In this document: positions 1 to 14,800 of the stretch, one piece after another
Numbering within the stretch: the first letter of the stretch is position 1
Layout of the letters: each line of letters opens with the position of its first letter
Assembly (NCBI RefSeq): GCF_009914755.1
Contig: NC_060931.1
Direction: 5' to 3' (one strand)
Length of the DNA stretch: 64,000 nucleotides
From: the human T2T-CHM13v2.0 reference genome, Homo sapiens
The notes under the pieces: model-generated
Database searches by the model: none
What the model saw: only the letters and a program-made list of their open reading frames with translations
What the model was told of the DNA's origin: nothing
Program-made: the position numbers and the translations under genes

Positions 1-756
1 GATTTCTTTCCTCTCGGGCCCTGTGAGAGCCACTGAGCAACACAGACAGAATGGCTTTAGAGACACAGAAAACTATTAGTAGTGGTCGCCTCTTGGGTGG
101 GGAACCAGATGGCGGGGAGGGGCTTTTCACCTTTTCTCTTTTGACCTTTTGACATTTAAACCATGTGAATAGATTGCCCAGTTCCAAAAAAAAAAAAAAG
201 TATTTTAAAAAAAGGCCTTCTGGACAGACTGTAAGCTCCTGGAGGACAAAGTACTTGCTCTTTTTATTGGTGCCTAGCCCTGTGCTATCCACCCAGCTGG
301 GGGATAAAATGAATGGTTTATCACATAAACCCGGGCAGGACTGGAATGAGACCCTCTCCCCAAGTCCAGCCAGGAGCCAATGCCCAAAGACAGGGAAAAT
401 GGAGCAGAAGCTCTTCCAGGAGAAAATGAACAAGCAGAGGTTCTTCATCCGCTTCACACATCTAAGGGCAGGCTCCTTGTTCTTCCTGGCGGGGGCGGCA
501 ACGTGAAAGCAAGAACAGGAGGCCACTGAGGCAGAGGCGTATATCCTCAACAGAAAGGGCCAGCCCCAAAGGAGCAAGTCTGGAGGCAGGGGAAGGGGGT
601 GCATACTCAGTCGAGAAGAACTCCCTCTCCTCACTCAGGGGCTTGGCTCAACTCCGCCCACCCAGTTCTACTGTGAGGTTGCCCTTCTGCGCGTACCTGG
701 CAGGTCGATATAACACAAAGACCTGGAGTCATCCCGGAATCGGTTCCCTGCTCCAA

Positions 757-1172
757 TGTGGTTTAATGTTTGTCCCTTCTAAGTTTCATGTTGAAATGTG
801 ATCCCCAGTGCTAGAGGTGGGCCCTGGTGGGAGGTGTCTGGGTCACGGGGGTGGATCCCTCATGAAAGGCTTGGTGCCCGCCTTGCAGTAATGAGTGAGT
901 TTACACTCTGAGTTCACACTGGTTAAGAGTGTGGTACCTTCCCCCTCACTCTCTCTTGTTCCTCTTTCTTGCTCCTGTTCTTGCCATGTGACATGTTTGC
1001 TCCTCTTTCACCTTTTTCCATGACTGGAAGCTTCTGGAGGCCTCACCAAGAGCAGATGCTGGCACCATGCTTCCTGTACAGCCTGCAGAGCCATGAGCCA
1101 ATTAAACCTCTCTTCTGTATAAATTACCCAGTCTCAGGTATTTCCTTATAATAATGCAAACAGACTAACTCA
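757..1172 (+). mobile_element. MST-family (ERVL-MaLR) solo LTR
   Basis: Diagnostic ends tgtggtttaatgtttgtccc... and ...attaaacctctcttctgtataaattacccagtctcaggtatttccttata. Confidence 0.85.
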
Positions 1173-1430
1173 ATCTCCTCCTAGCTGAGCTACTGCTCCA
1201 GTCCTGAAGCTTAGTTTGCACATCTGTAAACTGAGAATTTGCTATGAGGGTTACGTTCAGTGAGATCTTGCATTAAATGACCCACACTCTACCCAGCAGA
1301 TGGCAGGGGCTCTGTAAATGTTTTTTTCCTTCCACTATTGGCAGGGAAGGCAAGTCAAGACCCCTTTCCAGGGTGGTCAAAGAAATGGCCAGAATTTTCA
1401 GGATGCTTTATAAGGGAGCCCTCAGCCAGG

Positions 1431-1891
1431 TGTAGGAGGACGAGCCGCAGACAAAACTCCTCAGATACCAAGTTAAACAAGGAAGGGGTTTATTCGGCCG
1501 GGAGCGTCGGCAAGACTCCTGTCTCAAGAGCCAAGCTCTTGAGTGAGCAATTCCTGTCCCGTTTAAGGGCTCACAACTCTAAGGGGGTGCGCATGAGAGG
1601 GTCGTGATCGATTGAGCAAGCAGTGGGTACGTGACTGGGGGCTGCATGCTCTGCTAATCAGATTGGAACAAAATAGGATGGGGATTTTCACAGTGCTTTT
1701 CTATACAGTGTCTGTAATGTATAGATAACATAACTGATTAGGTCAGGGGTCAATCTTTAACGACCAGGCCCAGGGTGTGACGCCGGGCTGTCTGCTTGTG
1801 GATTTCATTTCTGCCTTTTAGTTTTTACTTTTTCTTTCTTTGGAGGCAGAAATTGGGCATAAGACAATATGAGGGGTGGTCCCCTCCCTTA
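1431..1891 (-). mobile_element. LTR2 (HERV-E) solo LTR
   Basis: The reverse complement runs TAAGGGAGGGGACCACCCCTCATATTGTCTTATGCCCAATTTCTGCC...GCGGCTCGTCCTCCTACA, matching LTR2 end to end. AATAAA at 1494-1489; 14 CpGs retained. Confidence 0.9.
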
Positions 1892-2552
1892 AGGAAGTGG
1901 ACCCTCAAAGCAATTAAGAGCATGGCTCCATGGACACAGGACAGGAGTTGGATACAAGACGCGGATACATTCAAGACAGCAGCTACATGATACAGGACGA
2001 GAGATGGCTGGAAAAGGAGACCAGGCAGGAGCTGCTGGGAGGCGGCAGGCAGAGATGGAGGGAGGGAAGCGTGGCTCAGAGCCCAGCGTGGTTGCTGGGG
2101 ACCAGAGCAGCCCAGCAGGAAGGGAGGCTCCAGCTCTTCCAGCATCCATCAGCTCCCCAGGCCCAGCCCTAATGAAGCCGCCTCCTCTCCCAGCCTGAAG
2201 CTTTAATTTCCATTTTCTCTGCTTCTAAGACTTTCAAGAGCCAAAATGCAAACTCACAGAGGAGAAACCCAGAGACAACTTTTAAAAGTCTGACAATATC
2301 CAAAAGGAGGGAAGCAGGTTTCTTTACCAAAGCATAAAGGAGGTCCCGGGGATGCCTCCTGCAGAGACACAGGAGGGCGAGCTTTGTCATGCAGACCCCA
2401 CACTTCAACTCTCCTTCATTCATCTCCACAAATACCTGAGTTCTGCTATGCTCCAGGCACCAGGCCAGATGCAAGTTTCTCAGGGAAGAGGCCAAGGCAG
2501 CCACCACTAGCAGGGTCCTCTTACACAAAAACCCTTGATAGTAACAATGGTA

Positions 2553-2834
2553 GGCCGGGCGCGGTGGCTCACGCCTGTTATCCCAGCACTTTGGGAGGCC
2601 GAGGCGGGCGGATCACGAGGTCAGGAGATCGAGACCATCCTGGTTAATATGGTGAAACCCCGTCTCTACTAAAAATACAAAAAATCAGCCCGGCATAGTC
2701 CTGGCTACTCGGGAGGCTGAGGCAGAAGAATGGCGTTAACCCGGGAGGTGGAACTTGCAGTGAGCCGAGATCGCCCACTGCACTCCAGCCCGGGGGACAG
2801 AGCGAGACTCCGTCTCAAAAAAAAAAAAAAAAAA
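2553..2834 (+). mobile_element. AluY-like element with a short internal deletion in the right arm
   Basis: GGCCGGGCGCGGTGGCTCACGCC start, GAGATCGAGACCATCCTGG diagnostic, poly(A) tail, degenerate TSD aacaatgg/accaatgg. Confidence 0.95.
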
Positions 2835-4029
2835 CCAATGGCCTCGAGGAAGAGTTTCCAATGGAAACCCTGGGGAGCCTGGTAAGGCTCTCCAAACCCC
2901 AGGGGACATCATGACAGAGCAGGAGCTTTTGTTGAGTCTGCTGTGGAGAAATTATAAAACTAGAAGGGACCCAAGGGGATTATCTAGCTCTGGGCAGAAA
3001 CTCAGGTTCATCTTTATTTTCACCTTGATTAATCCATCAGCTATTACTGCCTGGCTGTAGGAAAAGGATTCTAAGGCTGAGTGTGGGCTGGAAGACAGTA
3101 AGGAGGAAGAAAGCTGTGATTAAGTGGCAGTGTCTGCTTGGACATGGGAGGGGGATGGCCCTGATCACCTAGATCTAACCCAGTGTCTCTGCTCATTAGT
3201 GAAGAATGTGCCCCAGAGAGGTGACAGGCCCACCTGAACCACATGGCCTGTTAGTGGCAGTGCCAAAATCAGGAACTGCATCTTCTGACTCTGAGACCAG
3301 TGTGCTTTTCCACTACACTCTTCTAAAGAACAACAAAAAGTGAAAGGTACAAATGCAGACTGAGGAAATGGTGCAGTACTGCCAGAGCTGGTTTCAACAT
3401 CTCCCCAGAAACAGAGATGGGGACATGACAGAGAGCCAAAAGGTGGTGGCCAGCCTGCTGCTCAAGGAATATTAAGCAAGAATTACTAACCCACAGAAAC
3501 AGAGATATGTATTGATGATAAAGGCTTTAGTAAATCCAGAACTTCTCCCAAGGGTTTTGATTTATTGGCTAAAACTACAGTTTACAAAGGATCACACGTG
3601 TGTTCACACACCAGCTGTAGAGTAGGAAAATTAGGTCCACAGACATTGCCTGTAAACTCCTTGGCTTTGCCTTTGTGACATTTCATTAAGTGGGAAAGTC
3701 TGCTTCTCTCTTGATAACCAACCTCCTCCAGTCTACAGAGATGGCAGAGTTTTATTTCAGTAACTGCCCCCCTAAAATCCTGGAACACACACACCATTGC
3801 CTCCTTCATCTGCCGATTTCCCCTCCAAGGGAGGCTCCATTCACCCTTTTCAAAGACTGTAAGCTTTTTGACAACGAAGGCAGGAGAGCAGCGCTCAAAC
3901 CACATCTGTGCTGCTTCTGCAGGAACTGTCCCCAGCATCCTGTACCGGGAAGGCTGCAAAACCCTCCCACACTACGAGTCGGGGGTGCCACTAGCTGCCG
4001 TCCCCAGCACTGTTCGGGAGCTAGGGGGG

Positions 4030-4445
4030 CTGTAACGGGAGGAAGAGACAGGGTGCACCCAGCCCTGCCAATGAGTCTTGATTTGTCTCTCGGCCATTCT
4101 TGGTCACTCCGTTTTTCTTATCAGGAATCGGGGGCAATTCTGGCCAATGAGACCTGAGGAAAATCTGTTAGGGGTTCTCAAGTTTTTCTCCCTCTTAAAA
4201 AGGGACACAAAGAAGAGGCCACTTTTCTGCCTCTGGACCTTTTGTCTGCAATGTGGCTGCCATTTAGGGACCAAGAGAACTTGAGCTGCCAGGACAGATG
4301 GCGGCTGCCACAGGGGCCCACAGAGCCACCGAACTGACCTTCTGCCGTTAACCATTCAGTCAACCGGGACGCACCCTCTTCGAGATGTTTTCTTATGTGA
4401 GATAATAACAAATGTTCTTTGCAACCAGACACCCTAACTGGTATA
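4030..4445 (+). mobile_element. Old ERVL LTR (LTR33/LTR16-like)
   Basis: caattctggccaatgagacctgagg and cttatgtgagataata...ccctaactg motifs typical of this group. Confidence 0.5.
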
Positions 4446-6545
4446 TGAAGTGACCATCATCCTTATTTCAGAAAGCAACAAGAAGCACGAAGAACTCAGA
4501 AGCCAAGGGGCTGGGTGAGAATGCAGCTCAGCACCATCCACCCTCGAAGCTCTGCGCCCATCTGCCTCTCCCTCCTGAACCTTCCTGGGCCCTGCATACA
4601 GAAGGCGCTTAATGCATGCTTGATTGTTAAAGAACTGGCAGTCTTTCTGCTCCATCCCATGAGAGCTTCCCAGAGTCAGGAAGTGGATCCTCTTGGAAAC
4701 GAAAGCAGCCGCCCACTGTCTCCCCCGCAGGTACTAGCAGTCCCCATTTCAACCACGTTTCATAACAGAAACTTCCCACACATCAGAGATGCTCAGCCCA
4801 CAGCCGGGGGCAGGAAATCTCTAGAAACCTCAACTCCTGTGCCCTGGGCCTCCACTTCCAACACAGTGAGATAAGCCCTGCTCTTTCTCTCTCTGTCACT
4901 TGGCTGTAATGTAGATGACTTCAGGATTGTAAAATGCTGGGAAAATCAAAATTGGGGCAGAATGCTCACTGCACATTGTTGCCAAAGTGACCAAGTCACC
5001 CGCAGACTGTGGCTGCTCCGCCTCTGTCCACATTATAGTCTCTAATACCTTATCTTACTCACATACGACGACCCCTGGAAAGAGAAAGGAAAAAATGACT
5101 GAGAACCTGTAGATGTTCAGCCCTTTAGACGAGTAATTAATTAACTGCAACCAGTGGATGAAATGCAGCAAGCCTGGAAGATGATAAACCAAACGCAGCT
5201 GATGCCCAGAAGTGACTTCACGCCAAAGCCCTTGGAACATGTGTCTGTTTCCAAGCTCTGTGCATAGAAGTTGGATCGGAAAAATCATGTGTTTAGTGAA
5301 CTTGGTTTTAAATCCTGAATCTAGGCAAACTAATTAATTTCCACATTCAGGCTCCTCAGTTGTAGAATAAAGATAAACCAATTATCCTTTCAAGCAAACT
5401 GGGCTCAGTGTGCCAAAGGCACTGCGCCAGACCCCACAACAAAGGAGGCAGGGCGTTCCAGGAGGGAAACGGACACAGACGCAGGCAACTTCCGACACAC
5501 TTGACCCTACGGCGTGGTTAGTATGCCACCAGGGGTGATGTGGCTCCTGAAGGAAGTGGGGTCTAACCTAAGGAATACTGAGGAATTGGCTGGGTGACAC
5601 AGGAGAAGTGAGTCTGTGTGTGTCCTTCATGCCTCTGTGCAGACAGGAGGAGTGAACATCAGACAAGGACTGGAGGTAGAAGGAGCCTGGAGTATTAATC
5701 CCAGGAACTGAAATTAGCTCAGCGACTGACCTGGAGGATGTGAGGGCAACTGGTGAGAGATTAGGCTAGAGATTGAAAGCATGGCTCTGTTGCACAGAGG
5801 AGCCTGTGGGCATCCTCCTAGGACAGGGGAGAGCACAGAAGGCATGGCTGGGCAGTAAGGGGATCCGACTGGCTACCCTGTGGAGAATCAACTGGAAGGG
5901 GAGAGACGAGAACAGGTAAGAGATGGTTGGTGGAGGCCTGCACCATTTCCCAGAGAAACTGTCATGAGACTGGGGGAATGGGAACAGATAAGGTTGATAT
6001 TTAAGAGGCAGAATCAACTGGTAAGAGACAAGGTGTGGGAGAGAAGGTGAAGAAGGAGCTATGTCTGATATTCAGATTCCTGGCTAAACCAACTGGACTC
6101 ATGCCTCACCCACCAGCTCACTGGAGGGTTCAGAGAGATGAGAAGTGCAGTGATGAGTTGAGTCTCTGTGTCAAACACTATATGAACAGCCCAAGTGGAA
6201 CAAACATCTGCTCACCTGAATTCTAACTCCTGACTCATCCCAGCCATCCTGACTGTAGACACTGCAGCTCATCAGTTCTGAGACACATATTTTTTTCTTT
6301 ACATTTTAACATCTCAGAAATCAGGATGTTTTAAAATTGATAGGTGGCATAGTTTAATTGGCAGTGTTCTTTCTCAATGGTACATAGAATAATGGTGCCT
6401 CTTTCAATGGATGACATCTTGGATTTGAAGAAATACAATAATGCCTATCAGTCTTAGAAGAAAATAGTACTTGAATGATTCTTCTTAGGACTTAAATCCT
6501 ACCTAGTTCCAAAAAGATCTGAAGTTGCCTTTAAAAATAAAGCTC

Positions 6546-6954
<409 letters not shown>

Positions 6955-9900
6955 TTACACTGTGAAAGGAAGCAACAGAAGTCAGACAAGCTTTCAGGGG
7001 CTCACTAAAACCAAGACCAGGAGACAGAATAATTTAGAAAAAAATTAATAAATTGGCAGAATTTCAGATAGCACAGAATTTAGTGTGGCCTGGGGGTCTC
7101 AGGAAAGACATCTTTTAAAAAGAGTGGATTTCGTGGGGCCTTGAGCTTCACAGCTTTGCTTCCCATAGAGAATATGGTGAGCAGGACAAGGCCCATGAAG
7201 GTCTTACTGACATTGCTCAAGGGCTCCATACACCTTTACTTAAGAATCAAATCAACATCTCCTGCCACAAACAAAACATGTACAAAGAACAGCCTGTGTG
7301 CTATGCAGACTTCTCCGTAGCCCAGCTACACGTCTGGATCAGCACTTATTTTGGGGAACACGGGTTGCATGCAAGAACCAGAGCCCCGCCGACTTTCACT
7401 GGAGGTGGTCAGTCGCTCCACGGTGGAGTTCAGAATGGTGACCACGCAGGTGCCTACCTCCTCCACGGGAGAGGAAAACAAGAGCTCAAACAAAACATCA
7501 TGCTGCACGTGGAAACGCCAAGGACTTCGCCTCCTTCCTGCAGCTCTGTGGCTCCCTGTCTGGCTCTCAGCAAGCTGCATCACACCTTCCCTCCCCGGGA
7601 GCTCTGGCGCTTGCCAGATTTGCTAGGCAGGCTCTATACTTATTGCAAGTGGTAACACTAACAGTTACAACTAATGAGAACTTGCCACATGCCAAGCACT
7701 ACTATACCTGCCCTGTTTATGTTCTCTCATTGAGTTCTCACAGTAACACCGATCCCATTTTGCTAATCAAAGAAATTCTGGGTCGTGAAGGTAGGAAAAG
7801 GTGTCCCATGTGTCTTGGTTTAAAGAAAAAGATCTTTGGGTAAGCTGGTTAGGAGGTGGCATAGTAGCATTTATTATGTTATTCCTTAAACCCTCCCTCT
7901 GTTTCCACCACAAATTGTTTTGATTTTTAAAATGAGCCTGAAGTTTACCACCCTGAATTCGGCCTAAAAATACCTCCACCTGCCAATACCAGGAGACCAG
8001 CATAAAGAGGTACTGCCAGCCCCTCCCATCCCAGACCTTGGGATGCCCCGGTTTATTGTGACCAGTTACACCTGCCCTGGAAGGAGAAACACAGCAAAAA
8101 GAGAATCAGCGACAGGACCAGAATCAGGGAACTCATGTTCTCCAAGTACACATGGACAGAAGTCTTCATTGTTAGGCACAAACTGTTTACTAAAAATAAT
8201 GATTCCAGTGCTGAGTAAAGCACAAAGACAAATGGGATGATTTTCAAACCCTCTGGTAGCCATTGGGAAATTGATCAGGTAGGAAGGAAGCCCAGTTCAA
8301 ACTTTGTTTTTTCCAAGAAAGACATGGCTCCTCAAATCTTTCTCCTTGAAAAACTCCTAAATGTTAAAGGACCAGGAGCAGAGCAAGATGGGTGAATGGA
8401 AGCCTCCCGTGATTGTTCTCCCCACAGGAACACCAAAGTCAACAACTATCTATATAAAAAAGCACCTTCATCAGAACCAAAAATCAGGTGAGCAATCACA
8501 GTACCTGGTTTTGACTTCATTTTGCTGAAAGAGGCACTGAAGAGGGTAGGAAAGGCAGTCTTGAATTGCCAACACCACCCCTCCCCTATCTCTGGGCAGC
8601 AGCCATGTGGCAGAGAGAGAGAAGCCGTGTGCTGTAGGAGGGAGAGCACAGCAACTGTGGGACTTTGCATGGAACTCAGTGCTGCCAACACCGGGCAGAA
8701 CTCAGCCAGCGCCCACTGAGGGAGCATGTAGACCAGCCCTAGCCAGAGGAGAATCACCCATCCCAGTGGTCAGAACCTGAGTTTTGGCAAGCCTCGCCAC
8801 CATGGGCTAAAGTGCTTTGGTGTTCTAAATAAACTAGAAAGGCAGTCTAGGCCACAAGGACTGCAGCTCCTAGGCAAGTCCTAGAGCTGTGCTGGGCTCA
8901 GAGCCAGTGGATTTGGGGGGTGGGTACACAACCTACTGAGACACCAGCCAGGGTGGCTAAGGGAGTACTGGATCTAACCCTCCCCCAACTCCAAGCAGCA
9001 CAACATGCAGCTCCAAAAGAGATCCCTTCCTTGTGCTTGAGGAGAGGAGAGGGAAGAGGAAAAAGGACTTTGTACTGTAACCAGAATACCAGCTCAGCCA
9101 CAGTAGGATAGGGCACCAGGCAGAGTTGTGAGGCCCCCACTGCAGACCCTAGCTGCCAGACATTTCTAGAAACACCCTGAGCCAGAATGTAACCTCCTGC
9201 CTTAAGGGAAGGATGCAGTTGTGACAGGATTCTTGTTCTTCTGACTAAAGAGCCCTGGGCCCTGCATGATCTGCAACAGTAACCAGGCAATACATGCCAT
9301 GAGCCTTGGGTGAGACTCTGAGACATGCTGACCCAGCTGTGGTCAGGTGTGACTCGGCACTTTCACAGCTGTGCTGGCTATGAGGAGAGATTCCTTCTGC
9401 TTGAGAAAAGCAGAGAGAAAAGAGGACTTTGTCTTGCAGCTTGGGTACCAGCTAAGCACAGTGGGGTAGAGCACCAAGCAAGCCCTTCAAGTCTCTGATT
9501 CCAGGTTGTGGCTCTTGGATGGCATTTCTGGACCTACCCAGGCCCACAGGGGACCCCACTGCCCTGAAGAGTGCGTCTCAAACCTGCCAGCATTCACCAC
9601 AAGCTGACTAAAGAGCCCCTGGCCTTAAGTGAATATGGGTGGTGGCCTGGCAGTGCTCCTTGTGGGCCTGTAGTGCTGGTGGACATGGGTGAGAGTCCTC
9701 TGCCTGGGGAAAGGAGAGGGAAGAGTGAAGGGACTTTGTCCTGTGATTTGAGTGCCAGTTGAGCCACAGTAGAGTAGAGCACCACATAGATTTCTAAGGT
9801 TTCCAACTCGAGGCCCTGACTCCTGGACAGCATCTCTGGACCCACCTGGGGCCCCAGGGAAATCACCTCATGTCTGAGGGGAAGGACACAAGCCTGGCTG

Positions 9901-11485
9901 GCTTTACCACCTGCTGATTATACAGCCCTAGGGCCTTGAGCAAACATAGGCAGTAGCCAGGTAGTGGTTACAACAGGCCTTAGGCAAGATCCAGAGCTGT
10001 GGTGGCTTCAGTTCTGACCAGTGCAGTCCCAGTGGTGGTGGCCACACAGTTGCTTGTGTCACCTCTCCCCCAGGTCCAGACAGCTTAGCATAGAGAGAGA
10101 CTCTGTTTTGGAGAAAGTAAGGGAAGAGAACAAGAGTCTCTGCCTGTGATCCAGAGAATTCTTCCAGATCTTATACAAGACCACCAAGGTGGTACCTCTA
10201 CAAGTCTATAAGAACCACACAGTTACTGGGCTTTGGGTGTCCTCTAATGCAGATACAGCTGCAGTGACAAAAAACTTGGATGACAACACCCAAGTACCTT
10301 TGAATACCTGGAAAGTCTTCCTAAGAAGGATGGGTATAAACAAGCCCAGATTGCAAAGGCTGCAATAAATACTTAAATCTTCAAAGCCCAGATACTGACA
10401 AACATCCACAAGCATCAAGACAATCCAGGAAAACATGACTTCACCAAACAAACTAAATTAGGCACCAGAGACCAATCCTGGAGAGACAGAAATATGTGAC
10501 CTTTCAAACAGAAAATTCAAAATAGCTGTTTTGAGGAAACTCAAAGAAATTCAAGATAACACAGAGAAGGAATTTGGCATTCCTTCAGATACATTTAACA
10601 GAGATTGCAATAATTTAAAAGATTCAAACAAAAATTCCAGAGTTGAAAAACACAATTGACATACTGGAGAACACATCAGAGTCTCTTAAATAGCAGAATT
10701 GATTAAGCAGAAGAAATAATTTGTGAGCTTGAAGATAGGATTTTTGAAAATACATCAGAGGAGACAAAAGAAAAAAAGAATGAAAAAGAATGAAATACAC
10801 CTAAAAGACATAGAAAATAGTTTCAAAAGAGCAAATCTAAGAGGTATTGGCCTTAAAGAGGAAGGAGAGAAAAAATAGGGGTAGAAAGTTTATTCAAAGG
10901 GTAACAGCAGACAACTTCCCAAACCTAGAACAAGATATCAATACCTAAGTACCAGAAGGTTACAGAACACCAGGCAGATTTAACTGGAAGAAGACTATCT
11001 CAAGGCATTTAATAAGCAAATTCCCAAAAATCAAGGATAAAGAAAGGATCCTAAAAGCAGCAAGAAACTAACTGCATACAATGGAGCTCCAATATGTTTG
11101 GCAGCAGACTTTTCAGCACAAGTCTTTAAAGGCCAGGAGAGAGTGGCATGACATATCTAAAGTGCTGAAGGAAAAAAACGTTTACACTAGAATAGTATAT
11201 TCAGCAAAACTATCCTTCAAACATGAAGGAGAAACATAGACTTTCTCAAAGAAAAGCTGAAGGACTTCATCAATACCAGATCAGTCCTACAAGAAATGCT
11301 AAAGAGAGTATTTTAATCAGAAAGGACATTAATAAGCAATAAGAAATCATCTGAAAGTCCAAAATGTACTTGTAAGTACACAGAAAAAACACAGACTATT
11401 ATAACACTGTCACTGTGGTATGTAAACTACTCATATCTTAAGCAGAAAGACAAAAAGATGAACCAATTAAAAATAGTAACTACAG

Positions 11486-11815
<330 letters not shown>

Positions 11816-14800
11816 CTACAAAAACTTTTCAAGACATAGACTGTACAATAAGATATAAATAGAAAAAAGGAAAAAGTTAAGCCGGGGGACAAAGTTAAGG
11901 CGTGGAGTTTGTATTCATTTTCTTTTTATTTGTTTATGCTAGCAGTGTTAAGTTGTTATCAGCTTAAAATAATGGGTTACAATAATGGGATGGTATTTGC
12001 AAGCCTCATGGTAACCTCAAATAAAAAACTTACAACAGATACACAAAAAATAGAAAGCAAGAAATTAAATCATACCACCATAGAAAGTCACCTTCACTAA
12101 AAGGAAGACAGGAAGAAAAGAAAGAAGGAGGAGAAGACCACAAAACAAATAATAAAATGACAGGAGTAAATCCTTACTTATCAATAATAATTGAATGTAA
12201 CTAAACTCTCCAATTAAAAGACATACACTGGCTAAATGGATTAAAAACAACAAAAAAAGACCAAATGATCTGTTGCCTACAAGAAACACCCTTCACCTAT
12301 AAAGACACATATAGACTGAAAATAAAGGGATGGAAAAAGCCCATGCAAATCACAGGCAAAAAAACAGCAGGAGTAACTATATTTATGTCAGACAAAATCG
12401 ATTTCAAGACAAAAACTATAAGAAGAGACAAAGAAGGTTACTATATAATGATAAAGGGGTCAATTCAGCAAGAGGATATAACAATTGTAAATATTTATGT
12501 ACCCAACACTGGAGCACCCAGATATATAAAGAAAATATTATTAAAGCTAAAGAGATAGGCCCCCAGTGCAGTAATACCTGGAGACATCAACACCTAGCTT
12601 TCAGCATTTGACAGATCATCCAGACAGAAAATCAACATCAGACTTAATCTGCACTACAGACCAAACAGACCCAATAGATATATACAGAACATTTCATCCA
12701 ACAACTGAAGAATACACATTCTTTTCCTCAGCACATGGATCATTCGCAAGGATAGACCATATGTTAGGCCACAAAACAAGTTTCAAAACATCCAAAAAAT
12801 TGAAATAATATAAAGTACCTTCTCTGACCACAGTGGAATAAAAAAACTATATAGCAATAACAAGGGGAATTTGTGAAACTATGCAAATACATGGAAATTA
12901 AACAACATGCTCCTGAATGACCAGTGAGTCAATGACGACACTAAGAAAAATTGAAATTTTATTGAAACAAATGATAACAGAAACACAACAGCAAAACCTA
13001 TGGGGTACATCAAAAGCAGTACTAAGAGGAAGTTTATAGCTGTACATAAATCAAAAAAGTAGAAAAATTTCAAATAAACAATCTAACAATGCATCTTAAA
13101 GAACTAGAAAATCAAGATCAAACCAAATCCAAAGCTAGTGGAAGAAAAGAAATAATAAAGATTAGAACAGATATAAATTAAAATGAGGAAAACAATACAA
13201 AAGATTAATGAAACAAAAGTTTGTTTTTTTAAAAAGATAAATGAAGTTGACAAACCTTTAGCCAGACTAAGAAAAAAAGAGAAGACCCAAATAAATAAAA
13301 TCAGAAATGAGAAAAGAGACATTACATTAATACTACAGAAATTCAAAGGATCATTAGAGGCTACTATGAGTAACTATACACCAATAAATTGGAAAACCTA
13401 GAAGAAATGAATAAATTCCTAGACACAAAACCTACCAAGATTGAACCGTGAAGAAATGGGATCAAAGCCAAAATAACAAAAAAAACAAGTAATGGGATCA
13501 AAGCCAAAATAAAGTCTCCCAGAAAAGAAAAGCCAACAAAAACCTGATGGCTTCACTGTTGAATGTTACCAAACATTTAAAAAAGAATGAATACCAATCC
13601 TACTCAAACTATTCCAAAAAACAGAGAAGGAGGGAATACTTTCAAACTCATTTTACAAGGCCAGTATTACCCTGATACCAAAACCAGACAAAGACACATC
13701 AAAAAAAAAAAGAAAACTACAAGCAGTGATGCAAAAATCCTCAACAAAATACTAACAAAATGAATTCCACAATACATTAAAAAGATAATTTATCATGACC
13801 AAGTGAGATGTATCCCAGGGATGGAAGGATGGTTCAACATATGCAAATCAATCAGTGTGACACATTATATCAACAAAATGAAGAACAAAAACCATTTGAT
13901 TATTTCAACTGATGCTGAAAAAGCATCTGATAAAATTCAACATCCCTTCAAGATAAAAAACTGCACATAGAAGGAACATAGTTCCACAATAAAAGCCATA
14001 TATGATAGACCAACCAGCTAGTATCATACTGAAATGGAGAAAAACTGAAAGCCTTTCCTCTAGGATCTGGAACACAACAAGGATGCCCACTTTCACCACT
14101 GTTATTCACCATAGTACTCGAAGTCCTAGCTAGGGCAATCAGACAAGAGAAAGAATAAAGGCATTCAAATTGGAAAGGAAGAAGTCAAATGATCCTTGTT
14201 TGCAGAAAACATGATCTTATATTTGGAAAAACTTAAAGACTCCACCAAAAAACTATTAAAGCCAATAAACAAATTCACTAAAGTTGTAGGATATAAAATC
14301 AACATACAAAAATCAGTAGCATGTCTATAGGGCAACAGAGAACAATCTGAAAAAGAAATCAAGGAAATAATCCCATTTACAATAGCTACAAATAAAATTA
14401 AATATCTACAAACTAACCAAAGAAGTGAAAAATTTCTACAATGAAAACTATAAAACACTGATGAAAGAAATTGAAGAGGACACAAAAAACATGGAAAGAT
14501 GTTCCATATTCACAGATCAGAAGAATAAATATTGTTAAAATGTCCATACTACTCAAAGTAATCTATACTTTGTAGAGATTCAATGCAATCCCTACAAAAT
14601 ACCAATGATGTTCTTCACAGCAATAGAAAAAAAACTACCCTAAAATTTATGTGGAACCACAAAAGATGCAGAATAGCCAAAGCTACCTTGAGCAAAAGGA
14701 ACAAGGCTGGATGAATCACATTACCTGACTTTCAAATTATACTGCAGAGCTATAGTCATTAAAACAGTATGGTAATGGCATATAAACAAAAATACAGACC

